This document shows, in pieces, positions 1 through 14,024 of a DNA stretch of 64,000 bases. Numbering within the stretch: position 1 is the stretch's first letter; every line of letters starts with the position of its first letter. The notes under the pieces were generated by a model, which saw only the letters and a list, made by a program, of their open reading frames with translations, was not told where the DNA came from and did not search any database. Made by a program: the position numbers and the translations under genes. Where the stretch lies: assembly GCF_902713615.1 (NCBI RefSeq), contig NC_052160.1, positions 137,806,737 through 137,870,736 of the forward strand, in the 5' to 3' direction. This DNA comes from Scyliorhinus canicula. Lineage: Eukaryota.

Positions 1-32
1 CTGTCCGCCATTTCTTTGGAGCAGTGTTGGAA

Positions 33-1600
33 TTTTTTATTTTTTTTTAATAATTTTTATTGGAAAATGTTGTATTTATGCAACAACATCGAACCATAAT
101 AGCAATCATAAACAGTCGCCCCTCCTCAATGAGCAGCACAACATATAAACAACAACTTAAATTAACACAATGTTAAGTTACATAACCATAGAAAAAAATA
201 GAAACAATAAGGAACACACCCCCCTTACCCCCCTCTCTCCCCCCCCTCTCTCCCCCCCCCCTCTCCCCCCTCTCCCCCATCTTCCCACCCCCCCGGGTTG
301 CTGCTGCTATTGACCAAGTTACCTATCTTTGAGCCAGGAAGTCCAGGAAAGGCTGCCATCGTTTATAGAACCCTTGTATTGATCCTCTCAGGGCAAATTT
401 GACCCTCTCCAATTTTATAAATCCCGCCATGTCACTGATCCAGGTCTCCACACTTGGGGGCCTCGCATCCTTCCACTGTAGTAAGATCCTCAGCCAGGCT
501 ACTAGGGACGCAAAGGCCAGGACACCGGCCTCTTTCGCCTCCTGCACTCCCGGCTCCACCGCAACTCCAAAAATCGCGAGTCCCCACCCTGGTTTGACCC
601 TGGATCCAACCACCCTCGACACCGTCCCCGCCACCCACTTCCAGAATTCTTCCAGTGCCGGGCATGCCCAGAACATATGGGCATGATTCGCTGGACTCCC
701 CGAACACCTGGTGCACCTGTCCTCACCCCCAAAGAACAGACTCAGCCTAGTCCCGGACATGTGGGCCCGGTGCAGCACCTTAAATTGGATGAGACTAAGC
801 CTCGCACATGAAGAGGAAGAGTTGACTCTCTCCAAGGCATCCGCCCAAGTCCCGTCCTCTATCTGCTCCCCAAGTTCCCCCTCCCATTTAACCTTCATCT
901 CCTCCACTGACGACTCCTCCACCTCCTGCATTACCTTATAAATGTCAGACACCTTCCCCTCTCCGACCCACACCCCCGAAAGTACTCTGTCCATTGCCCC
1001 CCACGAGGGCAGCAAAGGGAACTCCTATCTGTCGCCTAGCAAACGCCTTTACCTGTAAGTATCTGAACATGTTCCCTTGGGGGAGCCCAAATTTATCTTC
1101 CAGTTCCCCCAGGCTCGCAAACCTCCCGCCAATAAACAGGTCCCTCAATTTACTGATGCCCACCCTTTGCCACCCCCTAAATCCCCCATCAGTATTCCCC
1201 GGGATGAACCGATGATTTCCATCTAATGGAGCCTCCATCGAGCCCCCTGTTTCCCCCCTATGCCGTCTCCACTGGCCCCAGATTCTTAGGGTCGCCGCCA
1301 CCACGGGGCTCATGGTATACCTCTTAGGAGAGAGCGGCAACGGCGCCGTTGCCAAGGAACCCAGGCTCGTACCTCTACATGACACCATCTCCATTCTTTT
1401 CCACGCTGCCCCCCCTCCATCACCCATTTACGCACCATTGACACATTGGCCGCCCAATAGTACCCCAAAAGGTTGGGCAGCGCCGGCCCGCCTCTATCCC
1501 TCCCTCGCTCCAGGAAAACCCTCTTCACTCTCGGAGTCCCATGTGCCCACACAAAGCTCAAAATACTGCTAGTCACCCTCCTAAAGTAGGCCCTGGGGAT
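33..1600 (-). mobile_element. L1-clade LINE, 5'-truncated 3' portion (ORF2 C-terminus, G-rich 3'UTR, A-rich tail)
   Basis: ORF 323-1015 has the L1 C-terminal Cys/His motif (CTRC...HAHMFWAC); frameshifted upstream ORF2 pieces at 945-1427 and 1310-1576; poly-C tracts at 220-295 and T-rich tail with TTTATT near 33-60 on the + strand. Confidence 0.85.
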
Positions 1601-1659
1601 GAAGATGGGGAATTTAGCCTCCCGAGCCCAACACCCTCAATGTGATCGTGGCTGATCCC

Positions 1660-2110
1660 ATCCTGGCCTCAATTCCACTGTCCTGCCCATTCTCCATAAC
1701 CCTTCAACCTAATTAAAAATCTGTCTAACACCTCCTTGGACTCGCACACTGGGGTAGCGAATTCCATAGATACACAGCCCTTTGGGAGAAGTCGTTTTTT
1801 TCCTCAAATCTGTTTTCAATTTGCTACCTCTTATTCTGAGACTATGACCTCTCATTTCAGAATGCCCCACAAGACTAAGCATCCGCTCCACGTCTACTTT
1901 ATCCAGACCGTTTAGCACCTTGTATACCTCAATTAGATCTCCCCTCATTCTTCTAAACTCTGGAGAGTGTAGACCTAAACTGTTCAATCTGTCCTCATAC
2001 GGCAAACCCCTCATCTCTGGAACCAATCTGGTGAAACTCCTCTCAACTGCCTCCAATCCCACTACATCTTTCCTCAAATAACAGGACCAAAACTGTGCAC
2101 AATACTCCAG
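1660..2110 (-). mobile_element. CR1 LINE 3' fragment
   Basis: ORF 1709-2077 (DVVGLEAVERSFTRLVPEM...RRMRGDLIEVYK...RGHSLRI) matches the CR1 ORF2 C-terminus of the 21965-24769 copy. Confidence 0.85.
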
Positions 2111-2392
2111 GTTTCAGTCTTACTAATGCTTCCAAAAGACAGATGGACATACATTGGAAGGGGATGAATGTGCAGGGTTTCGGGGGGGAGCTGGGGTGTG
2201 GGATTCAATTGGACAATAAATGTTCTAAGAGCTGGCACAGACATGACAGGCCAAATGGCCTCCTTCTCTGCTTTAAGGTTCTTGATTCCAGTCCCACTCA
2301 GGATTTGTGTGTGTCCCCTTGTGAAAGGATTGTCTAAAATTCATTGTTGGGATATTTCCAGCTTTCCTAAAACATAATGTTTCCCCCAACAG

Positions 2393-2722
2393 CTTCACAG
2401 ACACAGACGGCTTCGATAGTGGTGAGAGCTGCAGTGGGAGAAACCATCACAGTGGGATGTCCACAGGCAGAAAGGTACAAAAGAAACAATGTCATCTGGT
2501 GGTGCAAGGCAACTTGGGGAAGTGGGTGCGATCAGATATCGAGCATTGATGGGCAGAAAGTCAGAAATGATTATCGAAGAACATCGATTACTGATACCAA
2601 TGGCAAGATTTCAGTAACCATACAAAAACTTGAAGAGAAAGATACAGGAACATACTGGTGTGGACTAGAAGATAAACAAACATTCAGTGTTTCAGATGTT
2701 ATATTGCTGAAGGTTTTCACAG
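2393..2722 (+). CDS. Gene 1 exon: Ig V-type domain 1 of a CD300/pIgR-like receptor
   Basis: 330-nt phase 1-1 exon bounded by caacAG and GTaaga; encodes VGC...IWWC-x7-C...DTGTYWC (canonical V-set cysteines plus the extra CD300/pIgR/TREM-type disulfide pair); paralog at 37199-37528. Confidence 0.85.
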
Positions 2723-2949
2723 GTAAGAATATTTCAGAAGATTAATTCTAGCGTTGATAATGTGGTTGGGCTGCAGTAACACTGCTGCTGTGTGAGCTCA
2801 GACTATGAAAGGATTATCACAGCTCGTTATGTGCAAGTAAAGACCTCCCATCCTCCCATTTCTACCCATTTCCATCTCTAAACATACTTCCCCCTTACAC
2901 ATCGACAAACCTAAAATCAAATTCCACCAATGTCTCTTTTTAAAATTAT

Positions 2950-4080
2950 TTTACTGTATGTTGGCATCGCTGACTAGACCAGCATTTCTATCCCTAAGTA
3001 CCCTTAAGAAGGGGGTGATGAGCACGATAAAAATGCTGGAAAAAGCATCGACCGACCAGACCGACCAAATGGTCGCCCGGAGGCTGAACTCAAGAGGTCG
3101 CTGGCGACCCAGGGGAGCCGGATGGGGAAGGTCGAGGACCAAGAAAATCAGTCAAGGTGACAGAACATTCGAATAGTGGACCTGCCGGAGGGAATCAAGG
3201 GCAGGGACCCGACCGACTACATGGCTCAAATTCTGGGCACCCTAGTGAGGAGGGACAGCTTCCGCAAGCCACCGGAGATTGACAGGGGTCACAGGTCACT
3301 CAGACCAACGCCCAAGGCAGAGTGGCAGCCGAGAGCGGTCATAGCCAAGCTGCAGAAGTACCAGGGCCGGGAAAGGATCCTTTACTGGGTCAGACAGTCA
3401 AAGTCATGTAACTGGGAGGGACATGAAATTAGAATCTACCAGGACATTGGGGCGGACCTGGCAAAGCACTGGCGGAATTTAATCAGGGCAAAGTCGGCCC
3501 TATATAAAATCAAAGTCAGATTTGAGATGTTATTCCCAGCCAGACTCTGGGTTACATATCAGGGTGAGGAACATTATTTTACTGACCTGCAGAGGCGGAC
3601 AAGTCCATCCATAAGACCCGTTTGGACAGACAGCAGAGAGGCAGCGATGAGGCAGACACAGAGGAAGCGGAGGAAACTAATGGAGAATTTTGGACGGGGC
3701 TACATCACCTCGTGGTGAACAGGGGAACCAGCTCATGGGAAGGAGAGGGCGAGGGCACCAGAGAGCAGGAGAGGGTGAGGAGGAGATAGCAGGGTCATCA
3801 GCAGAGCGGGTGTGGGGGTGGGTAAGATGGACCCTGAGCGGGGAGGACACCATACCAGCAGGAAAGGCAGCAACAGGAACTATGAGGGAGAGGGGGGCAG
3901 CAGCACATCTCCCAGGAGACAGCATGTGGCGGGGTGGGGGTGCGGGGGGAGACACGGCGTTGAGGGGCGGGGGAGTTAGACAGAAGAGGAGGGAGATGGG
4001 GGTTGAGGGTAGGGGGGTGCTCAGCGAGGGGGGGAAACAAAACCACAGGGGGAACAAAACGGTAAGAGTGGAAAGGCTCT
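2950..4080 (+). mobile_element. L1-clade LINE ORF1 fragment (degenerate)
   Basis: ORF 3176-3718 (PEIDRGHRSL...PRAVIAKL...IRIYQDIGADLAK...LFPARLWVTY) resembles the L1 ORF1p RRM/CTD; G-rich inter-ORF sequence follows. Confidence 0.75.
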
Positions 4081-4098
4081 AGACTGGCTTCAGCAGGT

Positions 4099-4325
4099 TG
4101 ATGCACGATCAATTGAACAAAGCCTAGAATTGGATACAACTGAGGCTTTATTGCTCTAAGATGTGTGGCCTCCCACAGCAGATGGCAAAATGGCTGCCAC
4201 ATGGAGGACACACATATTTATACTCCGTCTACTGGACGGAGCCAGCAGGCAGGGACTACCAACATACCTGTAGTACAGGTCCTACCATAAATCACCTAAT
4301 AGAGGTGCAACAGTGGTTTACCACA
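4099..4325 (-). mobile_element. Solo LTR (227 bp)
   Basis: Minus strand TGTGGT...TGCATCA termini, TATAAA and AATAAA; 4-bp TSD AGGT; same family as 58189-58415. Confidence 0.8.
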
Positions 4326-4553
4326 AGGTGGTGTGTGTTTGAGGTGCAGAAGTCAGGGGTGGAGAGAGCCATCGTCGGGGATCTGGGCTCAAGGTTTGGT
4401 GGCATCTTTTGTGGCCTCTAGACTCGGCCCGAGATGAGGATGAGAGGGATGTTGGCCCGAGGCCAGAAATGGGTGAGGGTGGTGGGGAGAGATTCTTCGG
4501 ATTATTTGATATGGGGGAAGGAGGTGGGGGATAGTATCGAAAACTAGACTCTG

Positions 4554-4970
4554 TGTAAGATTCAGAACACAAAATACAGGTTAACTTCAACAGTTCATTT
4601 ATTTACTTGCAGCAAGGGGGGACTGCACCGAAGCAAAGATTAGGGTGTGAATCTGAAGTATAACAGTTCTCCTGGGATATTTATACACTGGAGTAAACAA
4701 GTAACACATGCCTTAAAATCCCTGACTCAGCTTAAAATCCTAAAAGACCAACATTTAACTTGAAATTGTGACTCCTACTATGCCAAGATGCACTCAAGCT
4801 GTATCGACAATGTATCAATACATTCCTATGACAATGTGGGGAAACAGATGGATAGAGATAAGGAAGTGACACTACAATACTCAGGAAAGGGGACTCTCCG
4901 ACCTATTCTTGCCCCCTCAGCAGTATTGTGAGCCCACCACAAAGATGGCCAAGTATCCCATCATGCACTG
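4554..4970 (-). mobile_element. Probable truncated LTR of another family
   Basis: Minus strand ends ...CTTACA and carries TATAAA and AATAAA; other end obscured by the adjacent Gypsy LTR. Confidence 0.4.
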
Positions 4971-7910
4971 GTTACTGTGGGTCGACACTATGTTAGATTG
5001 ACTGAAGACCTATGTCTAACCTGACCAGCCTATACTGCTAGCACGTGGTGAAGGTTTGTGCTACTGACTGCGGGCTCTGTCTGGCTCATAGGCTGCATCC
5101 CCAATGAGCGGGAAAACTAGTGCCCTCTGGCTTTATACTGTAGTGAGCGTGCCCTGTCTGGTGATTGGCTGCTGTGTTGTGTGTGTTGATTGGTCTTGCA
5201 GTGTCCCAGTCAGTGTGTATCTCTGCACCATCATACACTGATGTGTATATTATGACATCCACCCTTTTTTGTTAAATGTGTGTTTGTGGCAATAAATAAT
5301 GTATGATGTGAATGTTCCTAACTATGTGTGGCATATGTGAGCATATTTACTAGATTATGTATAGAAACTCTAAGATATTTATATTGGAAGGTGTCTAGTG
5401 CAGATGGACAGTATGTAACAGACAAATAACTAGAACAACAGTATGTACAAACCAGTGAGTTAATCAAACAGGGCAAAGAAACAATCAGTTCATGAGTTCA
5501 GAGAGTCCATGAATTCAGGCAGTTCATAAATTTAGTCTCTGAGGTGGGCGACGAATTCTGGTTGACCGCCTCAAGGGTGGGTCAGGGGCCGCCTGTTCTG
5601 GAATGGGTTGGACTGTAGCAGACTCAGAAGGTGGCAGAGCGAAAGAGAGATCTGCAAAGTCCGTAACGGGTTTGTCGTGATGGCGAGGCAGTACATGATG
5701 ATCTGGTGGCGAGTGAGGAAGGAGTCGTAGTGCCCGCCTATTTCGGCGCAGAAGAGAGCTGTCTGGTAGACGAACCAAAAATGACCTGGGGGCCACTTGT
5801 CTGAGCACCACAGCGGTGGCGGACCAGCCACCATCTGGAAGTTGGACACAGACGTCATCATCAGGAGCCAGAGCAGGGAGATCCGTGACACGGGCGTCGT
5901 AGGCCGATTTCTGTTGGGCCAGAGACAGCTGCATTCGGCGAAGGACTGGAACGTTGTCCAAGTCCGGGTCATGAATGGCCAGCGCCATTTCCCGCAGCGT
6001 GCGATTCATCAATAATTGAGCCGGTGACAGGCCGGTGGACAATGGAGCGGATCTGTAAGCAAGCAGGGCAAGGTAAAAATCAGATCCTGCATCAGCCGCC
6101 TTGCACAGGAGTTGTTTTACGATGTGCACCCCCTTTTCAGCTTTGCCTTTGGACTGGTGGTAATGGGGACTGGACGTGACATGTGTGCAGTTGTATCATT
6201 TGGCAAAGTTGGACCACTCCTGACTGGCAAAACATGGGCCATTGTCGGACATGACCGTGAGCGGGATGCCATGGCGAGCGAAGGTTTCCTTGCACGCACG
6301 GGTAACCGCTGTCGATGTGAGGTCGTGTAGCCTAACTACCTCTGGGTAGTTCGAGAAATAGTCCACTATGAGGACGTAGTCCCGGCCAAGCGGATGGAAC
6401 AGGTCGATGCCCACTTTGGTCCAGAGGGACGTGACAAACTAATGGGGTTGCAAGGTCTCCCTTGGCTGAGCTGGCTGGAATCGCTGGCATGTTGGGCAGT
6501 TGAGAACGGCGCTGGCAATGTCCTCGTTGATTCCAGGCCAGTACACTGCCTCACGGGCCCGTCGGCGGCATTTCTCCACTCCCAGGTGGCCCTCATGGAG
6601 CTGCTCAAGGACGAGGTTGCGCATGCTGTGCGGGATGACGATCCTGTCCAATTTGAGTAGAATTCCATCTACCACCGCCATGTCATCTTTAACGTTATAG
6701 AATTGAGGGCATTGGCCCTTGAGCTAACCGTCTGTCAGGTGGCGCATGACACGTCGGAGCAGGGGATCGTCGGCCATCTCACGACAATTCTGGATGAGTC
6801 GTTCATCCGTGGCGGGCAGATTGGATGCGGCGAATGCCACATGAGCATCAATCTGGCACACGAAGCCCACTGGGTCGCAGGATGTGGTGACAGATCGGGA
6901 GAGTGCATCGGCGACGATGAGCTCCTTACCCGGGGTGTAGACGAGTTCGAAGTCGTACCGCCTGAGTTTAAGGAGAATGTGCTGCAGGCGCGGCGTCGTG
7001 TCGTTAAAGTCTTCTTGAATTATATTGATCAGTGGCCTGTGGTCTGTCTCGACTGTGAACTTTGGGAGTCCATTGACATAGACATGGAATTTGACGACTC
7101 CGCTAAGAAGGCCCAGGCACTCTTTTTCAATTTGCGCATAGCGCTGTTCGGTGGGCGTCATTGGATTGGATTGGATTGGATTGGATTGGATTTGTTTATT
7201 GTCACGTGTACAGAGGTACAGTGAAAAGTATTTTTCTGCAAGCAGCTCAACAGATCATTCAGTACATGGAAGAAAAGGGAATTAAACAAAATTCAAGAAA
7301 AGACAAGAAAATACATAATAGCGCAACACAAGATATACAATGTAACTACATAAGCATTGGCATCGGATGAAGCATACAGGGTGTAGTGTTAATGAGGTCA
7401 GTCAATAAGAGGGTCATTTAGGAGTCTGGTGACAGTGGGGAAGAAGCTGTTTTTGAGTCTGTTCGTGCGTGCTCTCAGACTTCTGAATCTCCTGCCCGAT
7501 GGAAGAAGTTGGAAAAGTGAGTAAGCCGGGTGGGAGGGATCCTTGATTATGCTGCCCGCTTTCCCCCGGCAGTGGGAGGTGTAGATGGAATCAATGGGTG
7601 GGAGGCAGGTTCGTGTGATGGACTGGGCGGTATTTAGGACTCTCTGAAGTTCCTTGCGGTCCTGGGCCGAGCAGTTGCCATACCAGGCTGTGATGCAGCC
7701 CGATAGGATGCTTTCTATAGTGCATCTGTAAAAGTTGGTAAGGATTAATGTGGACATGCCGAATTTCTTTAGTTTCCTGAGGAAGTATAGGCGCTGTTGT
7801 GCTTTCTTGGTGATAGCGTCGACGTGGGCGGACCAGGACAGATTTTTGGTGATGTGCACCCCTAGGAATTTGAAACTGCTAACCATCTCCACCTCGACCC
7901 CGTTGATGCT

Positions 7911-10900
7911 TGGGGTGAATGTGATTCACACTATATATAGTTGCCAATATCACTCCATGTATATATGTTCATTATCTACCCATTGTAAGATCGCTGTATA
8001 TAGTTGCCAATATAACTCCGTGTATATATGTTCACTATCCACCATTGTAAGTACATTTGCACTATCCGACCATCAGGGGGAGTCGCTCTGGGAGTACGCG
8101 AGAGTTTGTACTGGGCTCCTCCCTTGGCTCCGCCCAGGACTCCTCCCCCTGGGGCCGACGTATAAAGGCAAGTGCCTTAGAGCCAGCCTGCCAGTTCATC
8201 TGAAGCTCAGCGACGAATAGGCTGGCTCTGTTGTAAGTGTATTAAAGCCTCTGTTCAGATCCAACTACACGTGTTCGCTGAATTGATGGTTCCATCAATT
8301 TAAGAAACGCTGCGGCCTACGCTCAGGCTCCGCCCCCTCCCGCCACGTGTGATCCATGGGGGCCGCCATCTTGGCAAACCTCCACCATGCGGCCGGCCAC
8401 GTGCGATTCATGGGGGCCACCATCTTGGACGCCATCTTCGTCACCACTCTCCACGTGTGATCCACGGGCCCTAGCTGCATCCACAGACTCAAACAGCTCA
8501 TCAGAGGAGTACGACCTCCCCGAGCAGTCACCACATGGCCCGCAACTCAGCGCAGTGTTCCTGCATCAAGCTCGCCAGAACGCAGCGGCATCTACTCGAC
8601 AGGACACCCGATCGGAAGAATTCGACTCCCCCTGGCACCCAACACGCGGCCCGCAACTCAACGCGGTCGCCCTCGACCAATCTCGCCCCAAGCATCTGAG
8701 AAATTCGATGACGGAGGCCCAGATCAACGGGTACAACACATCGTGCCTCTTCGACTCTGGGAGCACAGAGAGCTTCATACACCCAGAGCTGGTAAGACGC
8801 TGTTCACTCCCTATTTATCCCGTCAACCAAACTATCGCCCTCGCTTCGGGCTCCCATTCCATCCAAATCCAAGGCCGCACTACAGCAACGCTAACGATTC
8901 GAGGCGCTAGCTATTCCAAATTTAAACTGTACGTCTTGCCCGACCTCTGCGCGCCACTCCTCTTAGGCTTGGATTTCTAATGTAACCTCAAGAGTCTCAC
9001 CCTCAGCTTCAGCGGGCCCCTGCCCCCACTCACTATCTGCAGCCTCGCCACGCTGCGCATCTCCCCCCCCCCTCCTCTCTTCGCCAACCTCACCCTGGAT
9101 TGCAAACCGGTAGCCACCAGCAGCAGGCGGTACAGCCTGCAGGATAGGGTATTTATCAGAACGGAGGTCCGAAGGCTGCTCAGTGAGGGGATCATAGCGG
9201 CCAGAAACAGTCCCTGTAGTGGTGGTCGTCAAGACCGGGGAAAAATTCCGCATGGTCGTCGACTATAGCCAGGCCATCAATCGCTTTACGCTCCTAGATG
9301 CGTATCCCCTCCCCAGAATTGCAGACCAGGTAAACCAGATCGCCCAATATCGGGTATTTTCCACGGTGGATCTGAAGTCTGCATACCACCAGCTCCCAAT
9401 CCGCCCGGAGGACCGCCACTACACGGCGTTCGAGGCCGATGGCCACCTCTTCCATTTCCTCCGGGTTCCCTTTGGCGTCACTAACGGGGTTTCGGTGTTC
9501 CAACGAGCAATGGACCGAATGGTGGACCAGTACGGGCTGCGGGCCACGTTTCCGTATCTGGATAATGTTACCATCTGCGGCCATGACCAGCAGGACCACG
9601 ACGCCAACCTCCATTGTTTTCTCCAGACGGCCCAAAAAGTAAACCTTGCATATAACAAGGAGAAATGCGTGTTCTGCACAAACAGACTAGCCACCCTCGG
9701 CTACGTCGTGGAGAACGGAGTCCTGGGTCCAGACCCGGACCGAATACCCCTCCCCCATGACCCCAAGGTCCTCAAACGGTGCTTGGGGCTCTTTTCGTAC
9801 TACACCCAGTGGGTCCCCCAATATGCGGACAATGCCCACCCATTCTTCAAGGCCACACTATTTTCCCTGTCTGCTGAGGCGCGCCAGGCCTTCAGCTGCA
9901 TCAGGGACGACATCGCCAAAGCAGCCATGCGGGCGGTGGATGAATCCACTCCCTTTCAGGTTGAGAGTGACGCCTCAGAGATAGCGCCAGCAGCCACTTT
10001 AAACCAAGCAGGGCGGCCCGTTGCATTTTTCTCCCGTACCCTATCCGCTTCAGAACTCCGACACTCCTCAGTCGAGAAGGAAGCACAAGCCATCGTGGAG
10101 GCTATCCGACACTGGAGGCACTACCTCGCAGATAGGAGGTTCAGCCTCATTACCGACCAATGGTCGGTCGCCTTCATGTTCGACAACTCGCAAAGGGGCA
10201 AAATTAAAAATGACAAAATTCTTCGGTGGAGGATTGAACTCTCCACCTACAATTACGATATCAAATATCGACCGGGGAAGCTCAATGAGCCCTCGGATGC
10301 CCTATCCCGCGGGACATGCGCCAGCGCGCAAATCAGCCACCTAAAAGCCATCCACGATGACCTCTGCCACCCAGGGGTCACCCGGCTCGCCCACTACATC
10401 AGAGCCCGAAACCTGCCTTTCTCCAACGAGGAGGTAAAAGCGGTCACCAGGGACTGCCCGATCTGTGCGGAGTGCAAACTGCACTTCTATAGACCAGACA
10501 GGGCCCACCTGGTCAATGCTTCTAGACCCTTTGAACGCCTTGCGATCGATTTCAAAGGGCCACTCCCCTCCACTAACAAAAGCATTTACTTCCTCAACAT
10601 TATTGACGAGTTCTCCCGATTCCCCTTCACCATCCCATGCCCCGACATGACCTCCCACACAGTCATTAGGGCCCTGCATAGTGTCTTCACCCTGTTCGGT
10701 TTCCCCAGCTACGTGCACAGCGACCGGGGTTCGTCCTTTATGAGTGACGAGCTGCGTCAGTACCTGCTCGACAAGGGCATCGCCTCGAGCAGGACTACCA
10801 GCTACAACCCCAGGGGGAACGGACAGGTGGAGAGGGAGAACGCGACGCTCTGGAAGACCGTCCTACTGACCCTCAGGTCCAGGAAACTCCAAGTTTCCCA

Positions 10901-11911
10901 ATGGCAGGAAGTCCTTCCTGACGCGCTCCACGCAATTAGATCCCTCCTGTGTACAGCTATCAACCAAACCCCCCACTAGCGGCTCTTCATTTTTTCCAGG
11001 GGCACTACCACAGAGGTCTCACTTCCGGCATGGCTGTGGACGCCAGGCCCGGTTCTCCTAAGGAAGCACGTCAGGGCGCACAAGACCGACCCCATTGTTG
11101 AAAAGATGCGCCTGCTTCATTCCAACCCACAGTACGCATTTGTTGAGTTCCCGGACGGTCGCCAGGACACAGTATCCCTCTGGGACCTGGCACCCGCTGG
11201 ATCTAGCCCCCCATCTACCCCCACCGAGGAACTCCTTTCCCCGTTCCCTATGCGGCCGCCCTCTTGCGCCCCCGATTCTGCGAGCTCACCCCACCAGTCC
11301 CGAGCGCCAGCACCAGCCCGCCCCCCGCGCTCCCACCTCCATTCGACCAGGAGGTGTATGAGGCTCGGACAAGACTCGCACCGGAGCCGGCAACCGTACC
11401 CCAGACCTCGACGCCCGCCCAGCCACCGCAAGAGGCTGCAACCCCGGTGCTCCGCAGATCAAAACGGACAATTTGTCCACCGGACAGACTGACTCTTTGA
11501 GCCATCACCCCCGCCGGACTTGATTTTTTTTAACAGGGGGTGAATGTGGTGAATGTGATTCACACTATATATAGTTGCCAATATCACTCCATGTATATAT
11601 GTTCGTTATCTACCCGTTGTAAGATAAATGCTGTATATAGTTGCCAATATAACCCCGTGTATATATGTTCACTATCCACCATTGTAAGTGCAGTTGCACT
11701 ATCCGACCACCAGGGGGAGTCGCTCTGGGAGTACGCGAGAGTTTGTACTGGGCTCCTCCCTTGGCTCCGCCCAGGATTCCTCCCCCTGGGGCCCATGTAT
11801 AAAGGTCAGTGCCTTAGAGCCAGCCTGCCAGTTCATCAGAAGTTCAACGACGAATAGGCTGCCTCTGTTCAGATCCAACTACACATGTTCGCTGAATTGA
11901 TGGTTCCATCA
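7911..11911 (+). mobile_element. Gypsy LTR retrotransposon B (gag-deleted), nested in the Rex/Babar LINE
   Basis: LTRs 7911-8297 and 11545-11911; 5-bp TSD ATGCT; PPT before 11545; protease FDSGST in 8387-8980; RT-RNaseH-integrase ORF 9219-10979. Confidence 0.95.
9219..10979 (+). pseudogene. Gypsy B pol remnant (RT, RNase H, integrase)
   Basis: 586-aa ORF with DLKSAYHQL, PFG, YLDN, ESDAS, H-H-C-C Zn finger, HSDRG, GQVER; frameshifted from protease, premature stop. Confidence 0.9.
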
Positions 11912-13080
11912 ATGCTGACAGGGGTGTGTACAGTACTTTGCTTCGTGAAGTCGATGACCAGCTCTTTAGTTTTGCTGGCATTAAGGGAGAGATTGTTGTC
12001 ATTACACCACTCCACTAGGTTCTCTATCTCCCTCCTGTATTCGGACTCGTCGTTATTCGAGATGCGGCCCACTATGGTCGTATCGTCAGCAAACTTGTAG
12101 ATGGAGTTGGAACCAAGTTTTGCCATGCAGTCGTGTGTGTACAGGGAGTAGAGTAGGGGGCTAAGTACGCAGCCTTGCGGGGCACCGGTATTGAGGACTA
12201 TTGTGGAGGAGGTGTTGTTGCTCATTCTTACTGACTGTGGTCTGTTGGTCAGAAAGTCAAGGATCCAGTTGCAGAGTGGAGAGCCAAGTCCTAGGTTTTG
12301 GAGCTTTGATATGAGCTTGGCTGGGATTATAGTGTTGAAGGCGGAGCAGTAGTCAATAAATAGGAGCTTGATGTAGGAGTCCTTGTTTTCGAGATGCTCT
12401 AGGGATGAGTGTAGGGCCAGGGAAATGGTGACTGATGTGGACCGGTTGCGACGGTATGCGAATTGAAGTGGGTCAAGACGTTCCGGGAGTATGGAGGTTA
12501 TGCGCTTCAAGATCAGCCTCTCTAAGCACTTCATTACAACTGACGTCAGGGCCACCGGGCGGTAGTCATTGAGGAACGTTGCCTGGTTCTTCTTTGGTAC
12601 CGGTATGATTGTGGTCTTCTTGAAGCAGGTGGGGACCTCGGAGTGGAGTAGGAATAGGTTAAAGATGTCTGTGAATACCTCTGCCAGCTGGTATGCGCAG
12701 GCTCTGAGTGCACGAACAGGGATCCCGTCCGGGCCCATCGCCTTCCGTAGTTTCATTTTCAGGAAGGCCGATCTGACTTTGGAAACTGTGATGGTGGGTA
12801 TGGGTGAATTATGGGCTGCTGGGGCACTCGACAGCGGATTGTTGGTTACCTGCTCAAACCGAGCATAGAATGCATTAAGTTCATTGTGGAGGGGTGCGCT
12901 GCTGCCTGAGATACTGCTCGGCTTCGCTTTGTAGCCCGTTATGTTGTTTAGTCCTTGCCACAACCGCCGAGAGTCTGTCTGTGACTCTAGCTTAGTTTGA
13001 TATTCTCTCTTGGCATCTCGGATGGCTTTGCGGAGGTTGTACCTGGATTTCTTGTATAGGACAGGGTCGCCTGCCTTGAA

Positions 13081-13373
13081 CGGGGGTCTGACCTCTCCCC
13101 CCGCCCCCAGTAGACTCACAATGGGAAGCGCTAGCATAGATTTTTAAATAAATCTAAAACCCCCATCGTGGATATCCGCGGCTCGGTTACAACGCGGGTG
13201 GCTGTCTTGGACCCCAACACCCGCGTTATAAAGGGGGACTACTGTATAACTAAGTTGACGTCCCTCCGCCAAAAAACTCCTCCGCCGAATCGGCCACGCC
13301 GAAACGACCCATTCCAATCGGCTACGCCGAACTGGCCCCGCCGAATCGGCCCCGCCGAAACGTCCCATCCCCC
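13081..13373 (-). mobile_element. Single end of a DNA transposon (MULE/foldback-type TIR) replacing part of the LINE ORF2
   Basis: Short modular repeats (GCCGAATCGGC/GCCGAAACG) at 13265-13370; LINE frame breaks at AIQP and resumes at FKAGDP. Confidence 0.45.
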
Positions 13374-14024
13374 AGGTTGTATGGCACAGTCCGGTGAGGC
13401 GGGGGTGAGCCATGTCTCTGTGAAACAGAGCACACAGCAGTCTCTTACTTCCCTCTGAGAGGTAAGTCTGGAGTTAAGTTCATCCAGCTTGTTTTCGATC
13501 GCTTGGACGTTTGCCAGGAGTATGCTGGGGAGAGGGGTCTTGAAACCGCGTTGCTTCAGTTTCACCTGCAGTCCGCTGCGTTTCCCTCACTTCCTCAGTC
13601 GGCGGCTGCTGCTGGATGATCCTGGGATCCAATGGGAGACGTCTGCCCTTGTGGAAGGTAGGTGGTTGCGTCTGGTGGTGTCCAGGGCGCTAGAGAGGTC
13701 CAGGGCGCTGTTTACATTTCCGGGGTCGCGTCTGGCAGGGCCCCGGGCGCTGGTTGAGGTAGAGGGGTTGCTGGGGGGGTGAGTTTGCGATCCGGATGGG
13801 TCCCGGCGTTCTGCGGGCGCGGGAATACCTTGCAGCGCGTTCGGGTCCTTGCGCGCGGTCTCCGTTGTTTTTGGGGTCCTGGGTCGTGGGCAGGGGCTTC
13901 TTGGGGCAGATTGGGCTAGGTCCCATGGTCTGTTCCCTCCCTGGGCGCTCCCGGGGTCGGATCTTGAAGTTAGCAAGGTGGGGCCTCCATGTGGATTTTT
14001 CTTTCTTCCATCACCAGGTAGGTC

